64,000 nt of DNA, taken from NCBI RefSeq assembly GCF_006345805.1, contig NC_042999.1:53134001-53198000 (forward strand). The letters run 5' to 3'. This document shows, one piece after another, positions 11,700 to 23,915 of this stretch (its first letter is position 1; each line of letters opens with the position of its first letter). The stretch is from Octopus sinensis. Lineage: Eukaryota. The notes under the pieces are model-generated. The model ran no database searches. It was not told the DNA's origin and saw only the letters and a program-made list of their open reading frames with translations. A program made the translations under genes and the position numbers.

Positions 11700-12722
11700 C
11701 GATTAGTGTGTCGGACAACAACAAGTCATCTTAGATGCCAAAAACCCTCTTAAGTACCTTAGCTGTCCCTAATAACAATGATTTCTACAGCTGTGCTAAA
11801 CTGGGTTTTATGCCTATTTCCTCTACCCACCTATTAAAATCTTTAGAGATAATTCCCAATGCACCTATACACTTTACCCACACTTTCCATGGTCTCTGTA
11901 CTTCAGTGTTTAGGTCTTGCTATTTTTCTATACCTCTTATACGGATCTTTTCATCATTTGTAACTGTAAAGTCAAATTATCTGGGACTTTCTATTCTCTT
12001 TATTTACAACTACCAAATCAAGCCTTCTAGTTTCTATTACTCTGTCAGTCTGAATACTAAAGTCCCACAACATCTTTTATTTCTTACTTTCTAGTACTTT
12101 ACGAGGTTCATGTTCATACCATTTATCAGTATGGTCAAATCCTAACTTTCTACATAATTCCCAGTCGATTACTCTCCCTAGATTGTCATGTTTATTCTTG
12201 TATTCTTTCTGCACCAACATGCTACATTCAATCATTATATGCGTAACGCTTTCCTCCTTTGATTTGCATAATCTACATAGGGGATCTACTTGGCTTTTGT
12301 CTATATTGGCTTTTATCCAATTAGTCCTTAATACTTGATATTATGCTGCTACTAACAAACTTTCTGTTTCCCTTTTCAGCGATCCTTTCTGCAACCGCAA
12401 CAATGTCTCCATACTACTATTTGCTGCAACTATATTTGGGAATCTACCATGCAACGTCTCCACCTGCCAGTGAGATAATTTCTGTTCTTTTTTCTGGTTT
12501 TTAACATCCTTTGGGCTTTCGGTTTTCTTTTGTTTTGCGGTGATTCTAGCAGCTTTTAATAAACTCTCTTTACTATTACCTACATAGGAGTCTATATCTA
12601 CTCTAGCTAACTCAACGCAGTCTTTCATTGATAACAACCCTCTTCCGCCTTCCTTCCTAGGTAAGTACAATCTTGCTACTCCTGCCCTTGGGGGCAGTAT
12701 TCCATTCATACTGAATACCTTC
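11700..12722 (-). mobile_element. R4/Dong-like LINE 3' fragment (CCHC finger + restriction-like endonuclease), degenerate
   Basis: RLYLPRKEGGRGL, CRLCKSKEESVTHIMIEC, KWYEHEP, LWDFSIQTDRVIETRRLDLVVV; stops and frameshifts. Confidence 0.85.
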
Positions 12723-12774
12723 CTAGTTGACTGAGTGAAATGGCGGTAGGATGTAATGATGTACTTATTTCGAC

Positions 12775-12930
12775 AATCATCTGATGAGGCGCATTTTCCA
12801 ACTTGGACGGATGATAATGGTTATACATCTCACCGATATATGCCGGGGTGGAAATGCCCCGAGGCAATTTTGATGAGTTTCTAGTGGATTACCACTCGTT
12901 GAATAATCATTACTTCGGCGGTGCTGCTAG
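12775..12930 (+). pseudogene. Possible Tc1/mariner transposase remnant
   Basis: SDEAHF matches the first catalytic-Asp motif of some IS630-Tc1-mariner transposases; the rest is degraded. Confidence 0.3.
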
Positions 12931-13724
12931 CTAGGAAACATACGGAGACTAGAATGTACCTACTTCATTCACTCAATTTGAATTTTTATTCGCATTCATA
13001 GCAACCCTAGTTTCTAACCGAGAGTTATGAAAAAAACTTTTCTCGGTTTATAAAACTTCATTATGGAACAAACTTGCAATCTTCTACGCCAATAATCTAT
13101 TATTGTTTCTGAAAATTGTTTTTTATACCCACCACAAGATGCAATTCTATGGTCATTCGATGCTTACTAACTTCCTACACCTTTTATTGATATTTTGTTG
13201 ATAGGTTTGGGTGCTGGCTATGTGTGCGTTTCTGTATATATGCACACACGTATACATGAATATATAATTCTATGTACATGTGTCTGTATGTGTGTATATA
13301 TGTGTATAGTTATCCGTCTGCGCGGGCGCATGCAATATGAACGCCCACATATAAAATCATTTTTTAATGGCATTAATTTCAAACATTACTTTAGAACGTT
13401 ATTTACACAGCAACACACTTTCATGATTTCGCTCGCGTGGAGCTTAAGCCATTTTTAACAATATTAGCACCAGAGCCAGAAATTAAATCAAAAGCCTGAA
13501 CTTGAAGCTGCCATTTTTACGAGTGTCATTCACAAATACGTTTCAAACAAAAGAAACTTAGGTTATTTTTGTTTTTCATATTTCAAAAATATTCAAAAAG
13601 TGATTGTTTCATATGAAAGACAAAAAGAGCAGCTTCAAATAACAGCCGAATGAACGGAAGCAAATAACTGTGAGGATTAGAGACTGGAGCACTTTACTTT
13701 TATTGAAGAATGCCTTTGTACAGG

Positions 13725-13950
13725 TCTATATTTGAGAGATGAGGAATTACGTACATTAATTACATTTGACGGATATTTGTCCTCATTTTGTTTGTTGGAG
13801 GAAATTGGAACTTAGGAATAAGAACCCAGGTTCGAAATTCCCCCTGGACACCTAATGAAGGTTGGAGAGTACATCAGCCGAAACGTTGTGTTAACAATAA
13901 ACAAAATGAGGGCAAATACCCGTTAAATGTAAATAATGTACATAATGAAT
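13725..13950 (+). mobile_element. Short HHR element with an inverted copy of its 3' tail upstream
   Basis: 13725-13796 is the reverse complement of 13893-13950 and of 50866-50948; HHR between the arms. Confidence 0.75.
13848..13891 (+). ncRNA. Type I HHR with G5A core mutation
   Basis: ACAC-CUAAUGA-AGGUUG..CAGCC-GAAA-CG-UU-GUGU; palindromic AACGUU. Confidence 0.55.
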
Positions 13951-14007
13951 ACGCTTGTATTGAATCCTGTAATTTATCGACTTGTGGTGAATCAACACAC
14001 ACACACA

Positions 14008-14055
<48 letters not shown>

Positions 14056-16799
14056 CACATCCTCAGTTGATCATATGTCCGAAAACGAAGCACGCTCTGA
14101 AAGATATGGTGGTAATGTATTTCCATGCATTTAAATATATGTTCGGTCATAGAGCGACCAATAGTTCCACACCCATAAAGCACTTAGCTTTGTGGACGAC
14201 CCGTCATAGACTAAAGGTGGAAGACAAATAACCTCTCTTCAGAATGGAGGTAGAAAACCGTTACGGTCAGTTAATTTGTAAGCAAAAAATAATATACACT
14301 TTTTGATTTGAAAACAGGACGAGTTATCTCACTTAGACAGCTCCGGTTGGCAAATGTTATGGACCCACTAATTTAGACAGATAAGTGTTCTAATTTTGCT
14401 GTGGTGCAGAGGGGTTAGTCCACTGACAGTTTTCATAAGAGCGGCATTCAAATCCTGCTGATGCTGTTACACACACACACACATGTGTATATGTGTGTGC
14501 CTATGCTCATATCTCCCCCTTGTAGAGGACTAAATACGAAATTCAAATAGTCTAACATTCAATGCTATCATAGACTTCCCCAAATATGAACGCACGGAGG
14601 CCTATGCTGTAATTCACCACAGTTTCTGCAAATGTACATACGTACATTATTCTCTCCGACTAATATTCATAGATAAAATCTCATGTACATTCAGCATTTA
14701 TCATGACCCATTCATCGTTCTCAAACTTGTACTTTAGCATAAATGCTATTGGTATATTGAAGTAAATACATACAAACTCAAGTGGTCAATTTAAATGCTG
14801 AATGCTTGTTAGTCACTCGTATCTCAATGATGGTACTTTACTTCTAGATTCATATTTGCATGAAACATTTATTTACAAAAATCAATAGACAACACCAATA
14901 ACATTAATAGTATTTACTGTGAGATCTGCTTTTCAGATATTTCTGCAACAAAAAGCGATCGACGAAAACCTTTCTTTGCCGCGGCCAATTGATTTCCTCG
15001 TTGTAATGTTATTGGTATAATTATTGTTATACTTACTATTGATGTTACCCTTCTTATCATATTAGGAGAGTAAACAAATAATGTTTGTAGGGAGAATTGT
15101 TGTGAGATTAATTGATTGTCTAACCAGGCATTGAAATGGTAAATTATGGCTTTTGTAATTGCACGCATGATATTATTGGCTGACATTTATTTGAATACAA
15201 ATCAGATACCTTGAATGAAAATTTTACAATAATCGTTTATACTCAATCGTAGGAGGATGATATTTGGCACAAAACAGGCGAGATGTAAATATTATTGTAC
15301 ACAATTGTTTTATGTGGATGAACTGTGCTAACATTTTCTATCGGGGTTTAGAAAGTGAGGAGCTACTGTAAGTAAATCATGTTTAAACATGTACGAGCGA
15401 GTTTGCGCACGCACGCGCGCGTATGTGTGCGTGTGTCCGTACGTGCGCGTGCGTGTATTAACACAATAACTGTAGTGCTAGGGTGTATGAGCAGGAACGT
15501 TGATAATCCGCTGATGTATATCATATAGTATGAAGAACTCCATAGAAATATAATTTTAAAATGTAACTATTTTTAATACATCATTCAAATAATATTAGCA
15601 CTTATTCGATTGGCTCTATCCCCAGTAGTATACTTCAAAGGAATAAATATATAGATTTGAGAATATAAATTTTGGAATTAAATACAAAGAGCATTGATCA
15701 ACATTAAAATTATTGAGAACTGGTTGACTACAACAGAAAAAAAAATAACCCGAAATATCTATATAACAAGTAAGACCGATTCCAATTTGACGTGTTAACC
15801 GTATTCCCTTGGAGTAAATGTAAACAAGACAAGTATGAAGCGATTCATATTTTGTAGACTATGCTCCGTATTATTGCATTACTTTTATGCACATACATGT
15901 CGTCTAACAAAGACAACATAAGAGGCTAACATTATCTTCATCAAAAGAGACATTGCAATCACATTAGTCTGGTTTAATTCAATATTACAAATATGCAACT
16001 TCAAATATTAAAGAACGCTTTTGTGCTGAGTATAGTTATCCCCCGCCCCCGATCTTACAATCACAAGAAGCCTTTGTCTGATGCTCCTTTATTACTCTAC
16101 AATATTATCAAAATTATTACTCAACACAGAATATTGATGTCTGTTTTACTGTTTTTGCTGGGAGTTTGTTCAGTAATAACTACTTTCATTAAAGGTAACA
16201 TGCGACACTGCTATGTTTTATAATCATGTGTTATGGCAGGCAGATCATCGCTGCTAATTTCACGATTTTAAACTAGTCTTTCGAACATTTTCTTTCCTAA
16301 CCCCATCATTAATTCTATTTTGTGTACATGGAATTCTAATATTTTTTTATAACTCCAATAATTTTTCGCTTGTATTCTTTTTACTGTTCTAATATATTTC
16401 TCTACTACTTTTTCTTGGCGTCTTTCTATCCCATTTTTATTTAACTCTATAGACTTTCATAGATTTTCCAATTTATAAAAGAAGTATTTTTTTCTCTTTT
16501 AGTACTTCTAAATCTACCGTTATTAAGAGATTACCGTATTGAACTTTGAATATGTTGCTAGATCCTCCATTATTAAGAGATTATGCTATAGATCTTTAAA
16601 TTTAGTTTCCCTAAAGACAGTCTGGTTGAGCTAGCTTTCTTATTTAACCTTTTTAATGTTTAATGTTTAGATTGTTGAATAAAGCTACTTTTCCCATACA
16701 ACTCTTCGATGTTATTAATAGCTCCTCATATCCATTCTATAAACGGTTTGTTGTTATTTTACCCCACTTTTCTTGTATAACATAATCGTAGAGTTCACG

Positions 16800-17045
16800 G
16801 AAAAATACAAGTGGCTGGTCACGTGTCATAGCAGCAAAATTGCTGGTACTCAAGAACAGAACTGAGTCGAAAAGTAGCCAAATGATAGAGAAGAGAGGAA
16901 AGACTTCGTGTTACGAGGATTTGAACCTTTCAGGAAGAACCCGAAACTGTCGACAGAGTCGGGAAAAACATAGAACCTCTCCAATTTTATAGTAAACACG
17001 GTAGGAGAACTGGCACTTGATAGGCAAACCTGTTCAGTATGCACA
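16800..17045 (+). pseudogene. Possible RTE-type LINE C-terminal remnant
   Basis: Fragments VAGHVS and ELALDRQT resemble RTE 'WAGHV.R' and 'A.DR..W'; heavily degraded. Confidence 0.3.
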
Positions 17046-18589
17046 GGTTGATCTAATACCTTTTTTTAGTACTTTAGAAAGTAATGATTACATAAACACA
17101 CTGATTCCATTTTATATTTCAACCTTATTTCATTGAGAGTTTTTGATGCAGTTTTGAGATTTTCCTCCAACAAATATCCAGAGGCAATATGCATATTAAG
17201 GTTTAAAAGAAAAACAAAAAAAAAACCTTTCCTTTGTTATTTCCCAATATAATTATAAACTTAGAATTCTAATTCTTGATTATAAATCTGATTTCAGATT
17301 TTGATAGCTTTGTCCTTTGGTGAAATAAAGATAATTGCGCGGGCGTGGGGGGACATTGTTTATTTGCAATATAGGGATATTGTGTTCTCGTACTGTTAAC
17401 ACAGGTTATCATTTTCCCTAGATACATTTTCCAGTATTTTGTTAATCTTTTGTTTTGTCAAAGCTTAACGAGAATCCCAGAGAAGTGGAGCGTTTCAATT
17501 GTTTCAACACAACCGATTTATCGATTAATCGTTTTCTAAATTATTAGATGTTATGAGGCAGATAAAGTTATACATACGATTCAATATAATTATTCAGGAC
17601 GTATGAATGCAAGTCTGTGTGACATTGCAAGTTCAAAGTGTTTAGAAAGGACACGGCTCTGTTATATAGCCTTGACTCAGTGAAGTAGTTTCTTTGCATT
17701 TTACGACGAATTTAAACCGTGAAGAATGATCCATTTTCAATGCGGTCCTGTGATATCGTTGTATTCGGAAAGAACACGAGCATATTAGGAGAATGGTGTT
17801 TAGCGTTATATTTCGGGATGATCATCTTTTCTTTTGGTTTTTGAATAATCAATACACGCACTATATTCGTTCTTCACTTTAAATGTATTATTGCTCTTAC
17901 ATTATTTCGGCGAAAATTCACGATAAAACGGAGGAACGAATACTGATTTATATAAGCTCGATGCTAGTTTTCACTCAAACGATTAAGAGGCATTTTTAGA
18001 AGTCATACATTTCTTAAAGCAGTCAATTCTTGTGTTTACATAATTACTGCAATTGTTGATGCTATTTTAAATATTAACCCCTTGTTAATTGTAGACAATT
18101 TGCATATTTTAGAAACATAGTCTTCTCCGCTTCCTAATTCTTTGGTTAGTGTCAGATGGGAATCAATAATGTATTCTTGTATCTAAAACCTACTGTGCCT
18201 GTCGATTGACGTTTCCTAAGATCTACATTCACTGTATCATGTTTACACTCAACGCTGTGGCTACATTGGCGCTTACGTTGGCCTATGTTCAGCTTGGACT
18301 GCAATTTTATAAAGTAGTGGTTGATAGAAAAATGTTTATCTATCTGTGTTAGGATATTTTTGCTAATATATATGGAAAGTAAATGTCTCATCTTCATTCA
18401 CACCATGTTTTTTGTTCGAGAGTCTTCTGTACATTTTCCGAGATATCTTTCGTGAGATGAAAGATGTTATCGGCAGCCAAAACGCTAGATTATAAACCTG
18501 AAACGAACATGTATGCTGATAACTCACATACCAAACTACCTGAATCGACTCAACCTGAAGTTTGCTTCTTCAAAGCTTACGTTTTCTTT

Positions 18590-18790
18590 TATTCTTTTCT
18601 TTGCTTCAGTTATTTGATTGCAGCCATGCTGGAGCACCTCTTTTAGTCGAACATATCGACCTCAGGACTTATTCTTTGCAAGCCTAGTACTTATTCTATG
18701 GGTATCTTTTGCCGAAGAGCTAAGTTGCGGGGACGCAAACACACCAACATCTTCTATCAAGCGATGGTGGGGAACAAACACAGACACACA
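18590..18790 (-). mobile_element. SINE family A, 3' half
   Basis: GCAGCCATGCTGGAGCACC...GACGCAAACACACC reverse-complement tail. Confidence 0.85.
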
Positions 18791-18791
18791 C

Positions 18792-18794
<3 letters not shown>

Positions 18795-18869
<75 letters not shown>

Positions 18870-18889
18870 TAGATAGATAGATAGATAGC

Positions 18890-18951
<62 letters not shown>

Positions 18952-18960
18952 TATAGATAG
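18795..18960. repeat. (TA)/(GA)/(GATA)n compound microsatellite
   Basis: Simple repeat arrays. Confidence 0.95.
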
Positions 18961-19010
18961 ATATAAGTAAATAAATGGAGTTGAACGCAGATGCTATTCA
19001 AATTGTTTTA

Positions 19011-19093
19011 CTTTCGATATATGTTTCGAAGACAACATTGGTTTTATTCCAAAGAAATAAACGGTGTGAAATGCAATCTTCTCATCAGGAAAG
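19011..19093 (-). ncRNA. Type I HHR (mirror copy)
   Basis: Reverse complement of 19170-19252. Confidence 0.65.
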
Positions 19094-19169
19094 AAAGAAA
19101 ACCTATCTCAACGACAAGACACTATAACAATTTTGTTATAATGTCTTGTTGTTGAGATAGGTTCTCTTT

Positions 19170-19252
19170 CTTTCCTGATGAGAAGATTGCATTTTACACC
19201 GTTTATTTCTTTGGAATAAAACCAATGTTGTCTTCGAAACATATATCGAAAG
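19170..19252 (+). ncRNA. Type I HHR with extended stem II
   Basis: CUUUC-CUGAUGA-GAAGAUUGCAUU...AAUGUUGUCUUC-GAAA-CAUAUA-UC-GAAAG; C15.2-A16.2 mismatch in stem III. Confidence 0.65.
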
Positions 19253-19460
19253 TAAAACAATTCGAATAGCATCTGCGTTCAACTCTATTTATTTACTTAT
19301 ACTGCCGAATTACTGCACATTAACCCGGAGTTTCTACCTTTGAATAGGTTGGTACATCCTTGTTAGATGCCTGAATTTTGTTACCCTGGTAACTGTTTAT
19401 TGAATTTTCCATGTTAACGGTAAACAAAAGATAATTCATTCATCTATTTATATATATATA

Positions 19461-20058
19461 TTAATCAATATAAGGGTAGCCAAAAAATTCAAGAAAAATT
19501 CAAGAAAAATTTTCTGCAACCAGCGGTCAAGTGAGAAAGTAGAAATAGTCACAGACTATATAATATATTAAACAATAATATTAAGGAATGACCCTGACAG
19601 GCCGTTCAACTCACTTGAAAAGAGCAGCTAAAGTCAAACCGCAAAATAGTAGTAATTCTGAAACTAAAGGAGAAATAAAAACATTTATCCCCTTCAACTT
19701 TGTACCATGCATGGTTTCAACATTTTTACGTAATCGAATTTAATTAAATTAAATTAAATCCGTTTACGATTGGCTTGTCTCATCAGCAAAGTCGCCAAAG
19801 AAAAGGAAAATATATACACACGAGGCAGCACCATCGAAGCCTCGAGTTTATATATCCTAAATTTTCGAAATCCACCGTAACCGCGCCATCTACTCAGCAG
19901 CAAATATAAACTGCTAATACAATTTCAGAATTAGTCAAAAAATCATTAATTAATCAATATAAGGGTAGCAAAAAAATTCAAGAAAAATTCAAGAAAAATT
20001 TTCTGCAACCAGCGGTCAAGTGAGAAAGTAGAAATAGTCACAGACTATATAATATATT

Positions 20059-20065
<7 letters not shown>
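19461..20065. repeat. ~115-bp near-identical direct repeats (19461-19575, 19950-20065) around a unique core
   Basis: TTAATCAATATAAGGGTAGC...CAGACTATATAATATATT present twice. Confidence 0.9.
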
Positions 20066-20101
<36 letters not shown>

Positions 20102-20103
<2 letters not shown>

Positions 20104-20226
20104 CGGGATTTTTTCCGTTTCTGTCTAACAAATGTACTCACAAGGCTTTGGTCGGCCCGAGGCTATAGTAGAAGATATTTGCCCAAGGCGCCATACAATG
20201 GGACTGAACTTGGAACCATGTGGTTG
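20102..20226 (-). mobile_element. SINE family A body (B box onward), separated from its head at 22612-22634
   Basis: CAACCACATGGTTCCAAGTTCAGTCCC...GGGCCGACCAAAGCCTTGTGAG on the minus strand. Confidence 0.9.
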
Positions 20227-20241
20227 GGAAGCAAGCTTCTT

Positions 20242-20625
20242 TATTTCATTACATTTGCCACAAAGACAGTACATAGAGTAAAATAGCTTTGCGAGCCGGA
20301 CAAGAACATTAATGAAATGAATGATAATGAACGGAAGATGATAAGCATGGGAGAAGACAAAAAGCGCCCGCCGACCTCTGCTTCTCTAAAACATTGTTCT
20401 TTAAAACCAAACACAAAACGAGGTATTCAATTTTTGGACTTAACAGTCAATTACAAACAACAACATAGTTCAATAATTACATATAACATGTGTAAATAGA
20501 ATACACAAAGCTCTTCCCAGACCTGGCTTACGCTTCCCTTAGCCAATGCTCCAGCTCTAGGTCGGGGCCCCAGAAGGCGTATCTAAACATGTCCTTTGAG
20601 AAGGTGTTCATTACGCTGACCCTCC
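20242..20625 (-). mobile_element. 5'-truncated Tx1/L1-like 3' end (element B)
   Basis: Bounded by target repeats; reads RVSVMNTFSKDMFRYAFWGPDLELEHWLREA* then a UTR ending AATAAAG. Confidence 0.55.
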
Positions 20626-20641
20626 GGGAAGCAAGCTTCTT

Positions 20642-22596
20642 TATTTTATCAAATTGGCCAAAGAGGCCTTACAATCACAGATTCTTTTCTTACATAAAAA
20701 TCAAAAAGTCAATCAGCCATCAAAAATACATTATCACTTTTCCCTTCATCCTCCTTCTGGACCCCCAGTCAAATATTTAGCCGCCTGCAGAGCAGACCAC
20801 GTCGACAGCCGGGAGTTCAGAAAGAAGCCGAAGTGCCTATTATCAAATGTTTGTGTCACACAGTGCCGCAATTTATAACTCACCCTCAAAATCGTTTGTA
20901 CCCGCATCCTACTCCATCCTCCACGCCTCATTCAAGATCAAAGCGGGTTCCGTGACGGCGTCGCCCGGGTACAAGTTATATTTCTCATTGAGCCCCTTCA
21001 GCCTAAACGTCACGTTAAACGTTATGACCACCACAATTATCCGCGGAGGCCATTCGGGATCCTGTGTGAAGGCTAAAGGTGCTTCCTTATGGTGCTTTTC
21101 CACCACCTTTTCAACCTCTCCGCCACTATAGAAGAAGATCAATAATTCGTCTTCCTCCGTGGGCGGGATATCCAATTCTTCCCTTCGCGGCACAGTTCCC
21201 GCCAAAGGTGTCTCTTCTCCTTCCAGTGGCACAACCCCAACCGACGTGGTTCCGCGACATTCCGACTGTCGGCAATATCCCGTTTCTCTTCCTCTTCCTC
21301 TTTTTTTCTTTCCAACTGAGGGAGAGTGCATCTCCTCCGTGACCGGAAGATTCGCCTCCCCATCCTCATCCCTAGGATCCTTCGGTGAGCACCCATCGTT
21401 GCTCACCTACTTCCACTTGCGGCCCCTGTTTGGTGTGTCCTCCGCCTCCTCAGCCACCTTCATTCCCTCTTCTACAGAGGTCTCACTCAACTGCTCCGGG
21501 ACCTTATTTTGTTCCTGGGGACAGTTTTTCTTTATATGGCCGGACTCCAGGCACCGATGACACCTGGGGGGGGGGGTGACCCTCAAGAATCACCGGGTAC
21601 CTGCACCGGCCATTTTCAACCTCCCCCCACAATACGTGGGAAGAAACAAAATTTCCTCGCCCTCTAAGGGCTGACTCGCAAATTTGTGAGCCATTTCAGG
21701 GGTATCAAATAGCAACCACACCGTTGCATATTTGACACCCCTGGAAATGAATTTGATTGCTGGCAAATATTCTGCCAACTCCTTTTCAATTGCCGTCTTT
21801 TCGAATTCGGCAATGATGTCAAGTGACTTGGAGTAGGTTCTCAATACCACCGTCCTATCTTCACGGTCTTTCAACCACTTTTTGGGCGGTACAATCTCCC
21901 ACTGCAAAACTTTGTCCTTTTTCATTGCCATGTTTCCTTTTTTTTAACGGTTCGAAAAATAATTCAAAATAAAACTTAAAAAGAGAGAAGGAAAAAGAAA
22001 TCAAAAGAAAGTCACAATAAAAACGGAAAGGAGAAAAGGAAATAATTCACAAAAAGAGAAAGTCAAATAAAGTTTAGAAGAAAGTCAATAGTTCAGAAAC
22101 ACAGCAAAAACATTTTCCGGCCATACGGTACTTTCGGGCTAGGTTGAACCCTGAACGCCACAACTGGAACACAATTTCCACAAAAACTGCTATACAAATT
22201 GTTCAAACTTCGGAGGCAAAGACACTCCATAACACCAGTTCTCACAAGTTTTTAGTAGGCACAATGCTCCTCCAGGCAACAATTTTCATAATTAAGTGAG
22301 AAAAATATTCGCTCAATATAAACCGCCAACTAGGAAGACGAATACGCCCCCAAACAAAAATTCTCACAATTCAGCGAGAAAAAAATATTCGCTCCATGCA
22401 AGTAGAACCAGAATTCTGAATCCAGTAGGACTTCCTGCCTGTACAAAAACAATTCTCAATAAAAATTCCCACTGGACCCAAAATAACAGAATCTTACATT
22501 ACAATAGAACTTCAAAAATTTTCAATTCGAGACGGCTTCAAAAGCACGTCCCACCGCTTTGGTGCCGAACACCTCAATTACTCGCACATGCGCTGT
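20642..22596 (-). mobile_element. Tx1-like element A: 5' UTR + ORF1 + 3' end, no recognisable ORF2
   Basis: Gag-like ORF1 pieces; AATAAAG terminus; target repeat on both sides. Confidence 0.7.
20909..21931 (-). pseudogene. Tx1-like ORF1 (RRM-like region + CCHC zinc knuckle), disrupted
   Basis: 21590-21931 RRM-like (DRTVVLRTY...ATVWLLFDTPEMAHKF); ILEGHPP.RCHRCLESGHIKKNCPQ (CX2CX4HX4C) at ~21505-21590; acidic/basic tail 20909-21406. Confidence 0.75.
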
Positions 22597-22611
22597 GGAA
22601 GAAAGCTTTTT

Positions 22612-22634
22612 ACCACACAGCCACACCTGCGCCT
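22612..22634 (-). mobile_element. SINE family A head (A-box region)
   Basis: AGGCGCAGGTGTGGCTGTGTGGT on the minus strand, continuous with the target repeat at 22597-22611. Confidence 0.85.
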
Positions 22635-22789
22635 ATATATTCAAAATATTCTTTTTATTTCTTTCTCAGCCGATTGCCTTCCATCTACTAGCCTTTCCAA
22701 GATGCTCATAAAATGCATCACCATTTATCCAACTCTTCACCTTACTTCCATGTAATTTAATACAATAAAGTGCTTTCTGATAATTTCTT

Positions 22790-22906
22790 CCGGTTACGTA
22801 TCCATTTGCACTTGGCAGACATTATTCAGGTTTCCAAGCAACTATAATGCTGAAAAGTACGCAGGACATAACAGTATGAAATTGTACATTTCTTAAATTT
22901 CTCGAG

Positions 22907-22937
<31 letters not shown>

Positions 22938-23120
22938 TGTAGTCTTTTCTTATATATATTGTCTATTTAGGGGTTTAGAGTGAAGTTAAACGGATCGAGT
23001 TTTTTTCAGAAAGTCTATTGAACTGAAAAGAATCCTTTTGAGTTGAATAGCAAATTTCTATCCAGGATATGATCGGCTCTGCGTATGTGTGTGTGTGTGT
23101 CTGTGTGTATCTGTGTGTGT

Positions 23121-23170
<50 letters not shown>

Positions 23171-23915
23171 AGTTTTTAAGGCATGTGTTGCGTTGGGGAA
23201 GTAATTATTATTAGCATAATTTTAATTCTTTTTTATCCTGAAAATAGTTAGTTTCATGAATAAATTTTGTTCAATGGATTTCCGTAGAACCAAGAATATT
23301 ATTGAATTGAAGGGTAAATTCCTTTTCTATTGAGAATATGGTGGGCATGTTTATTTGTGTGAATATATAGAGTAAGCACAATAAACAGGAACTATTATTA
23401 TTAATTTATCTATGTCTTCCAGGGACTGAAGTTGTTATTTGGATGCAAACAACTGACGTAGTGTCTGCAACTGATGTGTAGTCATTCATAAATACGTGGT
23501 TTACACCCATATGAAGTCATGCAGAGCGCAGTCATCTCTGTTTCTATATACGTAGTATGTAAAAAGAATGTCTTCCGTGAGTTAGCGTAGTGAAAGCTTC
23601 TTACACTTGAATATCGATGCTGGCATTAAATATGACGAAACGTATCTGTTATCTGTATATCTAAATCCATATCAATAATAAATCTCTGAGCGTGGTATAA
23701 ACAGTAGCTGCACGACATCGCGAAGTATATTTGCCACCTAAATGTGTCTAACCCTTAAGGGTCGATGATCCAGGGTATATATATATATATACACGAGAAA
23801 TTTAAGAAAAGTACAATTTCGTACTATTATATCCTGCGTACTTTTCAGCATTATACTTGCTTGGAAACCTGAATAATGTCTGCCAAGTGCAAATGGATAC
23901 GTAACCGGAACAAAT
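22790..23915. repeat. ~125-bp inverted repeat pair (22790-22910, 23790-23910)
   Basis: TTCCGGTTACGTATCCATTTGCACTTGGCAGAC... versus ...GTCTGCCAAGTGCAAATGGATACGTAACCGGAA. Confidence 0.85.

Larger units (their letters stand above)
18962..19301. mobile_element. Near-perfect 340-bp palindrome with an HHR in each arm
   Basis: Centre TATAACAA-TT-TTGTTATA (19123-19140); arms complementary with only a few mismatches. Confidence 0.9.

Noticed and set aside
12776-12820. ATCAT-CTGATGA...ATGAT as an HHR
   Set aside because: No GAAA; better read as the SDEAHF codons.
14940-15010. Possible exon after TTTTCAG (IFLQQKAIDENLSLPRPIDFL)
   Set aside because: No good donor, no recognisable protein.
16000-16790. 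Possible ancient LINE coding remnant on the minus strand
   Set aside because: No motif recoverable in any frame.
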